The position numbers and the translations under genes are program-made. From Eledone cirrhosa (Eukaryota): a stretch of 64,000 nucleotides of DNA. Shown here in pieces: positions 13,194-25,340 of this stretch. The first letter of the stretch is position 1. The number at the start of each line of letters is the position of its first letter. Below the pieces are notes generated by a model, which was not told the DNA's origin, ran no database searches, and worked only from the letters and a program-made list of their open reading frames with translations. The stretch covers positions 315,580,001 to 315,644,000 of the forward strand of contig OZ024742.1 in assembly GCA_964016885.1 (NCBI GenBank). Reading direction: 5' to 3'.

Positions 13194-14019
13194 ATTATAT
13201 AATGGTATATATATTGAACATTCTCTGATATAGAGCTTTATCAAAGTATAGTCACATTGTTATTCATATATTCTATTTTGGGCATGATTTTTGATAGACT
13301 TCCTAAAGCCAACTGCTTTAAGTAGATTGGGTGCATTTTATCATAGCACCTGCACTACAATGAATGACATGTCCCAAAAAGAACCAAAAGGTCCTCCTGG
13401 CCCTATTATATCTGTTTGTTTGCTAAGAACTATACAGTATGTTTTGGGTGCATTTTATAGTAGCCCTATCACTAGTGAGGTTGTCTTAAATCTTTGAGGA
13501 CTAATGGATACTCACTACTTGGTATTGTTTTCACTAATCCAAAGCAAAGTGAAAGATCAATGACAGAAGAAGGAAGGAAGGGTGGGAGAGCAAAAATACA
13601 AAGGAGAGGAAGAGAGAGTACCTGGAGTAAGGAAAGAGAATAAAGGGGGAAGGCAGCAAGAGTATGATTGAAGAAACTGAGGGATGTGGAAGAGATAGAG
13701 TACTGGAGGGATTGATGGTAACTACTTGTTTGCTGATTATGTGAGAAGGTGGATAGCATTGATGAAAGAAAGTATTGTATGTCAATAAGAAGTGACCTTG
13801 GAAAAGGGTAGAGGTGCACATAAAGTGGTGATGGTAGGATATATCAGGCAGTGATGGAAGGGAGAAGTAGATTGATGAGGTCAATGCCTAAAGACATCCT
13901 TCGTCATGAGGACATGATGCAGTGAGTTGCAAAGAGAGCGAGAGAAGCAAGTGTTGACAATGCTTAGTGAGTGGAATTCTGTTGACTGAAATTTTTACAA
14001 GGCTTGTGTGTGTGTATCG

Positions 14020-14325
14020 AGGAGGTGCATGGCCTAGTGGTAAGGGTAGTGGACTTATTAATCATAACGTTGTGGGTTTGGTTCCTGGGCTGGGCTGGGT
14101 TGTGTTGTGTTCTGGTCTTGAGCCAAACACTTCATTTCATGCTGCTCCAGTATACTCAGCTGAAAATGAGTACCGGCAATAGCTGGGGGTTTAAACTTGC
14201 AATGCATTAGAGCCCTGTCTAGTGGGGAGTCTTGTACTCTCAGTTGCTTCACGCCATGGAAACTGGGATACGTGTCAGCCTAATGAGCCACTGGGCTCAA
14301 AACAGACTTTAACTTTTAATTTAAC
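14020..14325 (+). mobile_element. tRNA-derived SINE family 2
   Basis: Head GGAGGTGCATGGCCTAGTGGTAAG, central TCTTGAGC..ACACTT.ATTTCA, (TTTAAC)-like tail; related to about 16295-16440 and 37127-37290. Confidence 0.7.
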
Positions 14326-15619
14326 TATATATATATATCATTTAACATCTGTTTTCCTTACTAGCTATATATAGTTTTACAATATATTATAATGGGCATC
14401 TGAAAAGTTTTGGATTTTCTCAGTTTCCCTCACAGGGTATCAGTCTACTTAAGGTTCTAGTAGAAACTTGACACTCCCTCTCCCTTCCCAAAGTACCAGG
14501 CAAGGGAATCAAACGTAGAGCCACACAGTTACAATGCAGATTTGCAAAGCAATCTTTTTAACCATGTTGTATGAGTGTGTGTACACATTTTAATATTTTA
14601 AACAAAACTTGAACTCACAACTTAAGTTTATGTCAAAGCTAGAGGTCGAAAAGGTCAACAACACATCTGGTTATAATAAAAATAAAAAACAAAGAAAGGA
14701 ATCAAGGACAATTGAAGGAAAGACTAAAGAAAGGGAGATAGAGAGTAGGGAGAGAGGACTGAGATAAAAAAGAAAGGTCATGATTAAGCGTGGTGGTGGT
14801 GGTGGTAATAATGGAGTTTTGTGGCAATGGTGTTTGTGGTGTTGAATAGTTGATAGGCTGTCAATGTTTATGAAGTGTGACAGTAACAGTCAGTCCCCAA
14901 AACTCCTACATTAAATGAACACAGGTCTTTCATTCCTTTCATACACCCCCATGCTCTCTTCCAGATTTCTCCCTTAACCATCTCACCCTATAATGATGCT
15001 GCTCCCTTGCCTTCCTCCGTGGGGGGGGGGGGGGATGCCTTCTCCATTCTGTTTGCTGGGGCTGTGGGTGGGCCCCATTGCATTGTAGTTGTTGTAGAAG
15101 AAACAGGAAGACAACTGGTGGCCTGATATTCTGCTTCCTTCATCTGTGTCATAGATCAGTACAGTACAGTTATTGCAGTCACCCACCACTCTGTGTTGAC
15201 AGTATGATGTAGTTTGGTAAAGAATATCTAATGTTGGAAGAGCATTCAAATTGTGGAAAGAGTTTGTAGAGATTTATTACACTGACTAATCAAGGAATTC
15301 TGTCCAATTGTTTCACTACAATTCTGTCAGAGATCTTTCACTGAGACTAGATTTTAGTTTCTCAGCCTATTTTGATGCCATTTTCTAATGACTGAAGTTC
15401 TTTTTTCCCTTCAAATGTGAAAGAGCTCCAAGATAGATAAAGAAAGAATAAGAAGTAGAGAGGGTGATGTAAATATAAAAAAGTTAGGTATAGGCCCTCA
15501 ACTTCTGATAGTTGTACAGGCACCAATGTTTTTAATCTGGCAGAGCCTATCACTCTCTAGGTCTGAATAGAGCCATTTTGTTTTCCAGAGGGAAAGTGAG
15601 AATGACAGAGAAAGAAGAA

Positions 15620-15752
15620 TCAACCCCAGTACTGGATAGGTACTTTATTTTTATCACACCCATAATGATGAAAAATAAAGTTGATTTTGGCAGGATTTGA
15701 ACTCAGAGTGCAAAGAATTGACATTCTATCCTACATGCTAACAACTCTGCCC
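15620..15752 (-). mobile_element. Diverged SINE family 1 copy
   Basis: GGTACTTTATTTT..GGATTTGAACTCAGA (reverse B box). Confidence 0.65.
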
Positions 15753-16617
15753 ACAACATATTAACATCCCACTCAATCCTTTATCTTATTTATGGGGCCC
15801 CAAGATCTTTGCCAACTCTTCCCATATTTTCTTTCTATTTCTCTGTCATTGTCAACACATGGCAGTTTTTCACCTAGTAGGAGGTCTGTCTTTTGCACTA
15901 CATGTCTGAACCAGTACAATCAACTCTCACTGCCACATCAGCAGATGACTTTAATACGCGGCTGATACCTCAACCTGCTGTGCTCAACCTTTCATCTAAG
16001 AACATAACATTTCTGCATAATGTTACATCATATCTTTAGTTTATTTATTTATATGTCTGAGCTGGGGCGGCAATATCTTATTGCATTTTCAAGCTCCTCT
16101 GAAACTGTTATGTTGATGTGAAATAATTAGAGCTGAAAACAAGGGCTGGGAAACTGGTATCGAGAAAGATGGAATTCTGGCAAGGAAAAGTTAGACAATG
16201 TGTTAAATACCGATTCTGAAACAATGGAATGAGAAAAAAAAATGTGGATGTTATGAGAAATAGACGCATCAATTAATTTCAAGTGGCAGTTTTATAAAGT
16301 GGTTACAAAATTGGATTTGCAATCATGAGGTTGCAAGTTCGATTCCTTGAACGTCTGATGCGTTACGTCCTTGAGCAAGACACTTTATTTCATTTTGCTC
16401 TTTCCGCTAGGAGTTGCGACTGGTAAATAGTATCAGTAACAAAAAGACTAATAGAAGCATTGTTTCCTTGGTCTGATTGGACAAGTTCTCCACACTCAGT
16501 AAGAGAATGAGGTCTGGGATCTTGTCAATCGTAAAAAAAAAATAGTTAAAAACAAAGACCACTACAGTAGTGATGGTAATAAAAGAAGGACTGAATAAAT
16601 GCAGACATGTCTGAATG

Positions 16618-16834
16618 GTTAGCACTTTAGCATTTAAACTGACCGTATCCAGCCAGAATTCTCTCATGTCTTTCTGTTCAAACTGGCCGCTCATATTGAT
16701 GTTAAATTATTGTTCTTAAAATGAATATCAAAATCTCATAGATTTGATATTATGTGAGATAATTATGTGAATTAAAGCCTTTACCGTGAAAATATAATAG
16801 TAAATATCAAGTAATGTAAATGCTAAAGAGTTAA
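16618..16834. mobile_element. piggyBac-like MITE copy
   Basis: CTTTAGCATTTA ... TAAATGCTAAAGAGTTAA; internal CCAGAATTCTCTCA shared with the 8596-8820 copy. Confidence 0.7.
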
Positions 16835-17561
16835 AGAATTTTACTTTGCAATCATGAGATTCCAGAATCTGGAAGCAAACAAAATTTGTTATGTTTAATA
16901 CATATTTGCATACCTGTGGGACTGTTGAACGAAGAAATCATGATTGCAGGTTGATGACAGTCTATCTCATATTACATCTATTTTCAGGAGCTATGTCAAT
17001 GCTCTGTTGGTAGACTTACTTCCCTGTAGGTATATTTTCCCACCCATGAAAACACTCTGGTATCATCAGAATAATATATAAGTGCAGGATTAATCAATCA
17101 ATAATTATTTATCTCAGATAATTGTGATAATTAAAGTCAATTGCTATACTTTTGCTAATTGGATAGAGCCATCAATGGATTATTAAATAGCTGCATTAAC
17201 TTCAGAAGAATGTCTGACTTTCCTCAGCACTATAAGTCAACAAAATGTTATACAATGCTCCCTCCTACTCCATTCTGTAGTGAGTTGTACTTCCCATAAC
17301 TTACTTTATTCATAGCTAGATGGACTGGACCTAAATAAGTTATAAGATATGGACTACGAACCCTTCTTCACTTACTTAGCTATCTATATCTAACTATGGT
17401 ATGGTATGGTCCTGTAACTCCTAATGGAGTCTTAGGTGCTCCATAGTGGCATACTGTATTTCTTGGGCATTTTTAAAGCCTGGCAGAGCTCATCCCTCTT
17501 CATGTCTGAACATGACAGATTTCTTCCAAAGAAGGAGAGAAACTGAGAGAGATCTCGAAGA

Positions 17562-17716
17562 AGAATCGACTTCAGTACTGGACTGGTCCTTTTTTTATTG
17601 ACCTCAAAATGATGAAAGGCAAAGTTGACCTCAGTTGGATTTGAAATCAGAGAGCCAGAACGAATACTGCAAAGCACTCTATCCAAAATTGTAACGACTC
17701 TGCCAATTTGCTGCCT
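17562..17716 (-). mobile_element. Diverged SINE family 1 copy
   Basis: GATGAAAGGCAAAGTTGACCTC..GGATTTGAA..CTGCCAAT. Confidence 0.7.
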
Positions 17717-18274
17717 ACAAGAACTAACTATATGATGGTCTTAATAATATTCAACTCTACAAATATGTTTTCTTGGTTTTGATAATCAAGGCAAATATTG
17801 CACATGTACAACACCCCAGAACACTGAAAAATAGTCAAGTGAATATTTGGAAATCAATTTTATGTCATGGGATGCTTCTGCTGCCTATTCTTTCAGTAAT
17901 CGATCAACAATATTGTCAGGCCCACTTGCCTGGTGTGTTTCTGAGTTACCAAAGACAAGATGCTATTAAGAATAGCTACAGCAGACAGTTACAAATATTG
18001 ATTACCTACACAGACGTATGGCATAAGTTGTCATCAGATCTGTATGGAGAATTGAATTGAAATGAAATGTTGTGATATTCATGCTTCTCTCATTAGTGAT
18101 GGGTGACTAATAATAACCAAAAGTGGATTACAGTCCTAAAGCCATTTAACTCTCCTCTGCAGTCAGATAGTGCTTGAACAGAAACAAAGACAGATCTTCC
18201 AGCTATTCATTAAAGATGTAGCCAAACATTATTGGAGACAGTAAGCAGTGAAGAGCAACAATGGATGTTTTACA

Positions 18275-18466
18275 CCAGCCATACCTAGCCAGAATTCTCT
18301 CACCTCCTTCTGTTCAAACTGGCTGTAACTGGCTGCTCATATTTATGTTATGGTGGTGTTCTCAAAATAAATATCAAAATTGCATAGATTCAGTATTATG
18401 TGAAATAAAGTGTTTACCATGAAAGTGCAATAGTAAATATAGTAAATGTAAATGCTAAAGGGTTAA
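18275..18466. mobile_element. piggyBac-like MITE copy, one end lost
   Basis: Ends AATGCTAAAGGGTTAA; interior homologous to 16618-16834. Confidence 0.65.
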
Positions 18467-18751
18467 CAATGTGATAGATTAAGTTTGCAAACTACCTATT
18501 AATAAGTAAAATCCCTCCAATGGGCTTCTACACTATTTCTGCCAACCCAATTTCGTTTACAAGGCTATCATGAACACGAAAAGGCAGTCCAGAACAGATA
18601 TTGCATATATCTGATTATACAATAAAAAAAACTGTTTTAAAATGTGCATATTTATCTAAAAACTTTCCATCATAATTTTATAAGAATATTTTTTAAATTA
18701 TGCCCCAAACACCAGCTAAATAATAAAAAAAGATTATATTATTAAATCTCT

Positions 18752-18915
18752 AGATTGACAGTATTGTTAGTGTCAGACAAGTTTTGCAGTATTTAGTTAT
18801 GGTCCTTTACATTCTAAGTTCAAATCCTCTTTGCCTTTCATCCTTCTGGGTCGATAAAATATAATCAACTTTTCCCTCCTCCCTAATTGCTGGTTTTGTA
18901 CCAATGTTAGAAATG
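18752..18915 (+). mobile_element. SINE family 1 copy with 14-bp TSD
   Basis: TSD ATTATTAAATCTCT at 18738-18751 and 18916-18929; B box AAGTTCAAATCC. Confidence 0.75.
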
Positions 18916-19074
18916 ATTATTAAATCTCTTCAAATTCTTGATTATTTTCAAAATCAGTAGTGTCTTATTAGAAATATGGTAACAAAAGAATTAATATAAT
19001 TTACGATCCAAATTGGCTAGGGGTTCGGTTTATCAGTTTAGGGACAAGATGAACTGTAGTTTGTCGGAAATTTT

Positions 19075-19272
19075 TGGCACTAATGGTCGAGCATCTGACA
19101 ACATGCTTTATAGCATAGGATTACGGTCTGAGTTCAAATCCTGCCACGGTTAACTTTGCCTTTCATCCTTATAGTGGTCGATAAAATGAAGTACCAGTTG
19201 TGCATTGGGTCGAGCTGATCGACTTTCCCTTCCCAGAAGTTGTTGGCCTTGTGCCTAAATCAGAAACCAATA
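19075..19272 (+). mobile_element. SINE family 1 copy
   Basis: GAGTTCAAATCC..GTTAACTTTGCCTTTCATCCTT..GTCGATAAAATGAAGTACCAG..GGCCTTGTGCCTAAA. Confidence 0.85.
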
Positions 19273-19838
19273 TTTTAGCTCACTGTCCAAAACGAATTGA
19301 ACTGTCAAGTATTGTTTTGGAAATGTTTCTATTTTAAATCGTAATGTCTGGGATACTACAAATACGGCAGAACCCATGGTACCACACAGTCAGATTGGTA
19401 CATGTGATTGTGAATTTTTTCATTTTTTTTTTTATTTCATGGAATTGACAAAATGATTATAACAAGATTATAATTAACAAAGTCATTTAATTTCAAGTAA
19501 AGGCATTAGTGGTATCCAATGACAAAATGTATAATTTATTAAACTAGAATTTTTTTCAACACGCTGACGCGCATGTGTGTGCAAAGGCATACATTTGTAT
19601 GTATGAATATATAAATATAAACGCACAAACACACACTTACAAAAATACAGTCATATATACATACATTCACATAAACGCACACAATCTCACACACAGCGTA
19701 GCAAATGGAACGCCAGCCGCTGTTTTGCTATAGTTTTTTCACCATCCCCTTCCTTCGTGTTTGACGGACGGAAGTCATTCAAATTTATATATGGATGTTT
19801 TCAGGAATCATTTGACGTAATAATAAATTCTTCTAAAT

Positions 19839-20200
19839 GGTGCAGGTTTGGCCAGTGGTTAAGGAGTTTGCTTCGCAATCACGAGGTTTCAGGTTCGGTC
19901 AGTCCTACTGCGTAACATCATGGGCAAGTATCTTCTGCTATAGCCTCAAGTTGACCAATACTTTGTGAATGAAATATGGTAGACAGAAACTGTGGCAAAA
20001 CCTGACGTATGTGTGTATCGATGTCTGTGTTTATGTTGCGTAACGTAGAGGTTCGACAAAAAGAGAATGATAAAATAAGTACTAGATTTAAAGAAAAGAA
20101 AAGAAAAAAACCGACTACGGTCGATATAATCGATTAAATCGCTTCAAGGTGATGTCACAGCATGGCCGCAGTCTAATGACTGAAATCAATAAAAGAATGA
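19839..20200 (+). mobile_element. tRNA-derived SINE-like repeat (family 3)
   Basis: Head TGGCCAGTGGTTAAGGAGTTTGCTTCGCAATCACGAGGTTTCAGGTTCG; boundaries approximate. Confidence 0.55.
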
Positions 20201-21231
20201 TAACGTTCTTTCCAAATAACCTTCTAGATTTTGTTTCGTTTTATGCTTGGTATCTATTGTATTCAGCTAGCGGATTATGCCTAAATAATTTATGGCCGAC
20301 ATTGTTTTTAAAAAACAAAATGACACACCGAGACATAAATTAATATTTTCCGACTGAGTAACATGAAACCAGTCTAGTACTGGGATCGATTCTTCCTTTA
20401 TATCCTTTTCTCACTTCCTCTTTATCTCTCTCTCTGGAAAGCCCCGCCAGGTTTTCAAAAGGCCCTAGACACATCGCATGTCACTGCGACACCACTAAGA
20501 CTCCACCAGAAAAGCATACACACACATATACGCACAAACAACATAAATATCATTTCAGAAAATAAGCGGTTAGAATCCACTTGTCTTTCGGGACTGACTG
20601 CCATGAGACAAACCTCATGGTTGCTGAGTAACGTGTTCAGTTACTAGTTGGATATAGAACGAGAGAAATAGTAAAGTTTTCTTTACATCATACATTCCTT
20701 TTGAAATAGGACATCATGGTCACGGCTCGGGGCATGTCTGCTCAGTAAAATATGAGCTGGAAATAAAAATAGAATATGTCTGAGTAGTAAGCCTTCTTTC
20801 AAACGGGCGATTGGAATAGCGTGTAGCAACTCAACCTACTAGAAATAACAGCCAACTAACCTTTAAATCACATCCTTAGTCTATAAAAAAAAAAAAAAAA
20901 GAACAAATGTCTGGAAACGTTTAGAAAATTTTTTGATCAGTGGTTTTTTTCGATCGGAGCTGATTTCGGGCTAAACAACAATTAATGCCAAGGAGTATAC
21001 GGTTAAATAAATGTGTATGTGCATTTTAAGAGATAATGTCGGTTGTAAAGTTTTGTGATCGATATATTTTTTTTATCTTCCTAAACATACGCATACACAC
21101 ACGTGCGTGCACTTAGAACGAGTCATGTGGTTCACTGCGATCACAATTTTTCTTTGTATCGATAAAAGGAAATATGAGACAAACATCCGCCAATCATTCA
21201 GTCTGTCTAATACCCTGCCTTTCTATTTCAG

Positions 21232-21259
21232 AGTATCAGAATACAGTAATGTCAGACGA
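21232..21259 (+). CDS. Candidate 28-nt micro-exon containing a possible start (ATG TCA GAC GA, M-S-D-D/E)
   Basis: Branch-like CTAAT, pyrimidine tract and TTTCAG acceptor, then a GTAAGT donor at 21260. No partner exon identified. Confidence 0.3.
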
Positions 21260-21616
21260 GTAAGTTTCGTACGTTATAGACGGGTGGGTATTCGTGGTCG
21301 AATAATGATGACGGTGTCGATAGTTTGTGGCAACGCTGGTGGCGGAAAAGTCATGGGCGACGTTCGTAGTAGTAGTAGTAGTCAACAGCGTCGTCATAAT
21401 AGTAGTAATTACACAAACTGCTGTCATGACGACGGTAGCGGCTCTTGCAACATCCATTTTGATTCATAGAAGTCTCACACGTGCTTCAGTTACTTGGACT
21501 TTCATTTTGTTTGGACGGGGAGAAAAGAGCGGGAAAAAACAAACCAACAAACAACTACATTGTTTTTGTGTTGTTGCTTTTTGACGGTTTATTATTTTTT
21601 TAGTTGGGTAGAGAAC

Positions 21617-22375
21617 AGTGGATTAACATAATCGCTAGAGAGTCGGAAAAAATGCTTTGCGGCATTCAATTACATCTCTCTATGTTCTATGTTCAAATCT
21701 CACGTACTGAAAAAGATAAAGTTCCCCCTCCTCTACACACACACACAAATTATTGGCCTTGTGCCTAAATTAGAAATCATTAATTGTTAGGTTGATTTGC
21801 AATATCGGTAGAGCGTCAGACACCATGTTTCGCGGCATAGTCAAGTCTCTTTACGTTCTGAGTTCAAATCCCTCCGAGATTACGAGATTAGCTTTGTCTT
21901 TTATCCTTACGGGGTCGATAAAATAAAGCACTAATAACACACTGGGGTCAATTTAATGGACATTCCCCCTCCTCCAAAATTGTTGGCCTTGTGCCTAAAA
22001 CAGAAACCATTATTTGTTCGGGCTTTTGGCAGTATGGAGCGTCACACCATGCTTTGCAGCATAGTTATGGCCTTTTACGTCCTGAGTTCAAATCCCGCCG
22101 ATGTTAACTTTGCCATTCCATCCTTACGGGGTCGATAAAATAAAGCACCAGTAATGCACTGGGTAATTACTGGCCTTCTGCCAAAAGTAGAAACAATTAT
22201 TTGTTAGAGTGAGGACAGTTGATTGGCAGAATCATTAGAACGTCGGATAACTTTCGTTCTGAGTTCAAATTTCGTCGAGGTTTATGAAGTGAAGTTCTAG
22301 AGAAGTACACAATCAACTTTCCTCTCTCCCCACAACCTAAAAAAAATTTAGAGTATGGTGCCTGTTAGAAACGAT
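21617..22375 (+). mobile_element. Head-to-tail cluster of four SINE family 1 copies
   Basis: Four B boxes (about 21691, 21860, 22084, 22261); the third copy is flanked by TSD ATTATTTGTT (22009-22018, 22196-22205). Confidence 0.85.
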
Positions 22376-22961
22376 TACATTGCTGGAGCTGTTTCGCTTT
22401 AGGTATATATAAAATGGTAGACAGAATGAAAAGTACCTGCTTTATCATTGCTAATCTTCGTGGTTTGATTTTTTTTTTTATTTAATCAATAAACTGACAG
22501 ATTTATTTGTGAAAACTATTCCCTTCTCACAAGGGACTGTTTAATCATTTGTTACCCATCTCTAAATTATTTCGACAGGGCTTTATTTAGTTTTGTCATG
22601 GGTTTTTTTTCCGCTTTAATTCATTTTATTTTTATTGTCAATTGTTTTATATACCTAAAATGAAATGTCTTAATTTATTGATTTTTATTTCTTTAATAAA
22701 TATAAATCAACTGTGTGTTTTAGAAATAAATTCCCAGTGAATTGTTGCTGTGGCATTCTTCGGTACCCTTTATTACCATTCTTGCTTGTATCTTGAGGCA
22801 TTTGCTTTCCTTCGCCCTCTAGATCTTAGCTATTCTACAGAATCCAACCAAGGATGTGTGTTGTCGGAGAAAAAGTCGCATTTAAATACCGTATAAATAA
22901 TTTGTTTAAAATTTGTCTCTAAAGATAGAGTGAAAGAAAACACTTAAAATCTGATTTAAAT

Positions 22962-23097
22962 TTGTACTTTATTTATCGACCCACGAAGGATGAAGAGCAA
23001 AGTTCACTTCAGCGGAATTTGAACATTTAAGTGAAAAAGACCACAAAGCATTGTGATAAATGTCCGACGCTCTACAGATTCAGACAATCCACCGCCT
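22962..23097 (-). mobile_element. Diverged SINE family 1 copy
   Basis: GTACTTTATTTATCGACCC..AAGGATGAA..CAATCCACCGCC. Confidence 0.7.
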
Positions 23098-23253
23098 TTC
23101 ATCGTCCTAAATCATAATTTCTTTCTAATATAAACACAAGACCACAAAATCGCTTACCTTCTCTGGTGATTATTCTATAGTAAAGAAGAGTTTCTAATGA
23201 CTACAAAAACCTTATAGACCCCTGCGAGCCAAGGGAGGTCATTTTCTGTATCC

Positions 23254-23439
23254 CAGACCTGTCAACTCTCGCCGTCTGACGTGGTGATCTCCTACCCACT
23301 TCGGGATGGGTGAGAGATGTCTTCTCATATGAAAATGGGTATAGTTTTCATTATGTAAAATTTTTGCCACATTTCTCCCCGTTTTGGGGCACTTTTTCAT
23401 GGCACTCCACGTTTAGGTTTTTAGAGGTTTGCTGGTCTG
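23254..23439. mobile_element. MITE with TIR CAGACCTGTCAAC and 6-bp TSD GTATCC
   Basis: GTATCC at 23248-23253 and 23440-23445 exactly flanks CAGACC...GGTCTG. Confidence 0.65.
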
Positions 23440-24324
23440 GTATCCTCCTTTTAAGCTAGATCGTATAAAGATTAAGGCAGTGCGGTTGTGTGGAAGATTC
23501 ACTAGATTAATTTCAGTTCGAGTACATGAAACAAATGTGGTAACTAATGAGAAACGGCAAACAAATCGCTCGGAAGATGTTAATGATTGCAAAGTCCTAG
23601 CTTAGCCACAACTTATAGCTGAAGCATCAAAATTATCATTATTATTTTACATCAGTGGTGAATTAGCAGAATCGTTTCAACGCCGGACCAAATGCTTCGT
23701 AGTATTTGATTACCCCTCTTTACTTTTCATTGAACCGGACTCAATTTAATCGGTCTTTCCTCAAAACTATTGACATGCATTGAACAGATTGTCATGAGCC
23801 GACAGGTTAAAAGAGACCTCATACTGCTCATACGCACTTTATTTGGTTTGGTTTCTACAATTCCAACAACCATACAAATGTACAAAATGAATAAAAGAAG
23901 GCAATGTCTCATGCAATAGAGACCTAGATCGATATGTCATACTTTAATGTTAGTCTCTAACCGAGTTATTTCGACGGTCGTTCTAAGTAGCATCGTACCG
24001 AGCTTAAAAACTAATGTTAAGGGGTACTCTTTTACTTGTTTCAGTTGTTATATGACCTTCATGGAATTTTAGTCGATCGTATAGAGATCCGACTATTTTT
24101 TCTAGATCTGGTACTTATTTTTACTGGTCTCTTTTTGTTGAACCACTATATTAAGGGATAAAAACAAACAGTAAACAAAAATACACACGCCCTATATATA
24201 TATATATATATTTACACAAGATCTATGAGAGGGGGTCCAGCCGGTACTTTATTCCGGGGCCCAAGAGCTAACCTTTCGATTGCAAGCCCGATGATCTAAC
24301 CACTAAGCTATGCGCCTTATATAT

Positions 24325-24502
24325 GGCAGTATCGGTAGAAAGTCGGACGCCATGCTTTGCAGCATAGTTACGCCCCTTTATGGTCTGAGTTCAAATCCCG
24401 CCGAGGCTAACTTTGCCTTTCATCCTTACGGGGTCGATAAAATAAAGTACTAGTAATACACTGGGATAATTGCTGGCCTTGTACCAAAAGTAGAAACAAT
24501 TA
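24325..24502 (+). mobile_element. SINE family 1 copy (young)
   Basis: Near-identical to 13006-13193 and 53594-53783. Confidence 0.9.
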
Positions 24503-24551
24503 TTAGGGCTAGATAGTGGGTCTTGTTACTCTGTAGTTTATCACATTGTCA

Positions 24552-24601
24552 TCTTGTCTGGTGATTCTGTGATAAACAGGCGAAACTCCAGAGTAACAAG
24601 A
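24552..24601 (+). ncRNA. Degenerate type I hammerhead ribozyme motif inside a 123-nt inverted repeat (24500-24622)
   Basis: Stem I TCTTGT/ACAAGA, core CTGGTGA (A6G variant of CUGAUGA), stem II TCTGT/ACAGG, GAAA, stem III ACT/AGT, GUA cleavage triplet. Confidence 0.6.
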
Positions 24602-24802
24602 CTCATTATTTAGCCTTAATAAAATGATTAATACTCAACTTCGGTAATGAGTACTCCTTCAAAAGATATTTTATGATAAACTTATGATAGAAAAATGTGG
24701 CATTACCTTTTGCGGGAAACGAACCACGCACCTGCAGTTTTCGGGCAACAGCAGAGAACGACTATACTAATACGACCCTACAGGTTTTAACAATATCTGG
24801 CG

Positions 24803-24861
<59 letters not shown>

Positions 24862-25185
24862 ATGTATACACACACACAGTTGTAGAGTATGTAGCAATAC
24901 ACAGACAGGCACCGAGTCAATACAGTATGTCAAAATAACATTTTTTTTTAAATTTATATTAAACGCCACGTGGTGCAATAATGGTCTCCAGTGAACGTAT
25001 GTATGGTTACAGCACCAAGCTGCACAATATACGCAATACGACAAATGTGCTAACATGATGGTGTAGGAGAGAAAAATACAAGAAGCGAAAATACTATACC
25101 GAAAAAACATTAATACATATTAAAACTTCGAAAAAGAAACTTTTCTTTTTCTCTCTTGAGAAATATACACTCACACACATATACA

Positions 25186-25340
25186 CAGTGAAATTCCGTT
25201 ATAACGAAATTCACGGGGTATAAAATATTCATTGTAACGAAAAATTCTTTATAACGAGATCGACCTAACACATCGAGCGTATGGCCAGGGATTTTAAAAA
25301 ATGTTATACTGAAAAACTCGTTATAACGGAATTTTACCTG
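25186..25340. mobile_element. pogo/Tigger-like MITE
   Basis: TIRs CAGTGAAATTCCGTTATAACGA / TCGTTATAACGGAATTTTACCTG with an internal TTATAACGAG sub-repeat. Confidence 0.7.

Noticed and set aside
13500-15600. Possible highly decayed Penelope-like remnants on the minus strand
   Set aside because: Only vague motif resemblance; could not be supported by eye.
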